A DNA stretch of 64,000 nt. Origin: Paragordius varius (taxonomy: Eukaryota; Animalia; Nematomorpha). The stretch lies in the NCBI GenBank assembly GCA_964247055.1, contig OZ176055.1, positions 5,456,001 through 5,520,000 on the forward strand, written 5' to 3'. The notes under the pieces were generated by a model that did no database searches, had not been told where the DNA came from, and worked only from the letters and a program-made list of their open reading frames with translations. The translations under genes and the position numbers were made by a program. Every line of letters begins with the position of its first letter. Positions within the stretch are counted from its first letter, which is position 1. Positions 62,020 to 64,000 of the stretch are shown in pieces.

Positions 62020-62295
62020 AAAAACGTCATTTTTTGAACTGAGATTTTATAGAAACCCTATTTATATTACTTTAAGGTATTTACATGTAGAAAATATCTA
62101 ATGATAATCAACCATAATATCTTAACATTTATCATTATTTTTTGAATCATCCTTAATTAGCCTTAATTTTCATGTCCGGTTTCGATTTTCTCTCAATATT
62201 TCAAAAACTAGGTCGTCAACAAAGTAATTTTTTGCAGCAAAAATTCACTGGTCATAAGCTATTTTATAAGAAAAAATTTTGTTAAAAAAATTACT
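62020..62295 (+). repeat. Dispersed repeat shared with about 29375-29565
   Basis: GTGTTAAAAGAAAAACG..TTTGAACTGA, TTTCGATTTTCTCTCAATA..AAAACTAGGTCGT and CTGGTCA.. blocks occur at both sites; this copy has an insertion of about 100 bp. Confidence 0.7.
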
Positions 62296-62311
62296 CTTTT
62301 TTGCCCATAGT

Positions 62312-64000
62312 TAAGGTGACCAGATTTTTTGAAGGAAAAAGCGGGACAAATTTGAGAAAGGGGGGGTTATGAGGTGGGGTGTACAACCAAAAATTTTATA
62401 CAAAAAATTTATTGTAGTATTTATTTATTTTTAAGACAAATACATGATAAATATAAAAAAATATTTAATTCCTTGGTATATTTTTTATTTGAGTGCGTTT
62501 TAGCAGATTGTCATCATTTTATAGTAGAAGTCTCAAGAATTTGTCAAATTATATTTGACAGATAAAATGGTAATTCAACATTTAAATTTGATTTTTCCGA
62601 TGTCCACATCTGATTTACTGTGGAAAAAAACGCGCTCAGTAGCAGCGTTGGTTCCACGTAAAGATAATGCAAATTCTACAATTTTTGAAATATTGTATGG
62701 AACATAGTTTGTTTCAAAATGATCAAATATTTCTAACCATTTCTTTTCTACTGTATTTTTTTCTGTTGTCCATAATTTAAGTTTTTCATTATTAATATAT
62801 TTTATAACTAATGATACTTTAGAAAAAAGATATTTTCTGAAAGGTTACTTTTTGGGAATTTTTGGGAGATGCAGAAATGATTTTTGAACATCGCACTAAT
62901 TAAATTCTGGTTTTAATGTTATCCAATGAAAATGATCAATTTCATTAAATTGCACCGTCCAGTCTTCCGATAATCTTTACAGTTTGTATGAAACATTTTT
63001 AATGGTACAGGAGATCTTGGCGTTTTATTAAGCCTTGTTTTTTTAAATTATTTATAATATTGCGGATAATTACTATAAAATTATTTTATAACCTTTCTTG
63101 ACATTGGAATTTTAGGTTAACTTCATTGGCTACTTCGATGGCCGAAGTTTTGTCACTTTCTATCAATTTAATAACATTTTGAAAGAGAGAAGCTTGATTA
63201 TGTAGGAACTCTAACCATATTGAAGAATCACTTTCAAAAAACTTTTCCAAAGTTGTAGGACATTTGTCCTGTGATAAAAAAATAGGATTTTAAATGATCA
63301 TTTTTTAAAATTCTTTCGATAGCTGGCAGAAGAGCAAACCAACGAGTTTTACAATATCCAAGCATTTTTTAATATTGAACTTCTGCATTTGCACAGAATT
63401 TCTTAAGCGTTTCAACACGTACCGTGTATATAAAACTAGGAATATACCTTAACAACTACATTTTCCACATCTAGGGGGTAACAAATCAGCAGCTGTTTGA
63501 ATAGCGTTGTGTGTTATATGCGCTACACACCCAACCTCAATAATGTTTTGATTAACATTATCTGCTAATTCATGAAAAATATTTTTTGTTCCCCTTCTTG
63601 TTCCACCGAAGTTGGTATTGGTGTTGTCACCGCAATATGCGATGATTTTGTCTTTTAAATTATTTTTTCCTAGAATATTCGAATTATGTCGGAATTCGCA
63701 CCGGGTAGAGAAATAAAATTTAAAATTTTAATTTTACTCCGGTTTCTGGACCAAAATATTTATTAACGTAGTATGGCGATATGAAATTAATTTTCAGCAA
63801 ATCTTTTTGTATTCAGAAACATGTGGCGAAAGGACAATGCATACAATGGCTTCAGCCTTTGTAGGGGCACGAATAACATGTGAGGTACAATCCATAGATC
63901 TAAAGGAATGATTGTTATTAACGGCATGAAAAGATAAAACGCCTTGGGCTAATGCCAAATTCTTTTCTTCCTCTCCAAAAGCAGTTTTACGATAAAAATC
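62312..64000 (-). mobile_element. Decayed hAT (Blackjack-like) transposon with transposase remnant, truncated by the window end
   Basis: End TAAGGTGACCAGA..GCGGGACA; minus-strand peptides KIIAYCGDNTNTNFGG, EVGCVAHITHNAIQTAADLLPLDVE and GYCKTRWFALLPAIERIL contain the hAT D, CxxH and RW motifs; in-frame stops and frameshifts are present. Confidence 0.8.

Overview
Strongly AT-rich, intron-rich animal (invertebrate-type) nuclear DNA; not prokaryotic, and no RNA genes or CRISPR arrays were seen. Manual exon assembly with splice-phase checks gives six genes: (1) the 3' part of a PP2A B56/widerborst regulatory subunit (+, 403-6585); (2) a six-exon secreted five-module antistasin-like protein absent from the ORF track (-, 8988-11824); (3) a complete 25-exon neurexin IV/CASPR gene (-, 12428-26293); (4) a five-exon 167-aa orphan gene (+, 33249-34220) facing a degenerate inverted copy of itself (-, about 29621-30510); (5) a ten-exon choline/ethanolamine kinase (+, 37516-46089); (6) a P5B-type ATPase with a single intron (-, 47345-52416). 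Introns and intergenic DNA carry a mariner remnant, an RTE fragment, a non-autonomous Helitron, hAT and TTAA-flanked MITEs, a decayed hAT transposase, and several TA-flanked elements with 21-bp subterminal arrays. The most striking observation is four ultra-short GT-AG introns of 22, 22, 23 and 24 nt. Conserved protein motifs demand three of them and the signal peptide supports the fourth. They are the first two coding introns of both neurexin IV and choline kinase, while every other intron modelled here is about 60 nt to 2.3 kb. All gene models are manual inferences without RNA evidence.
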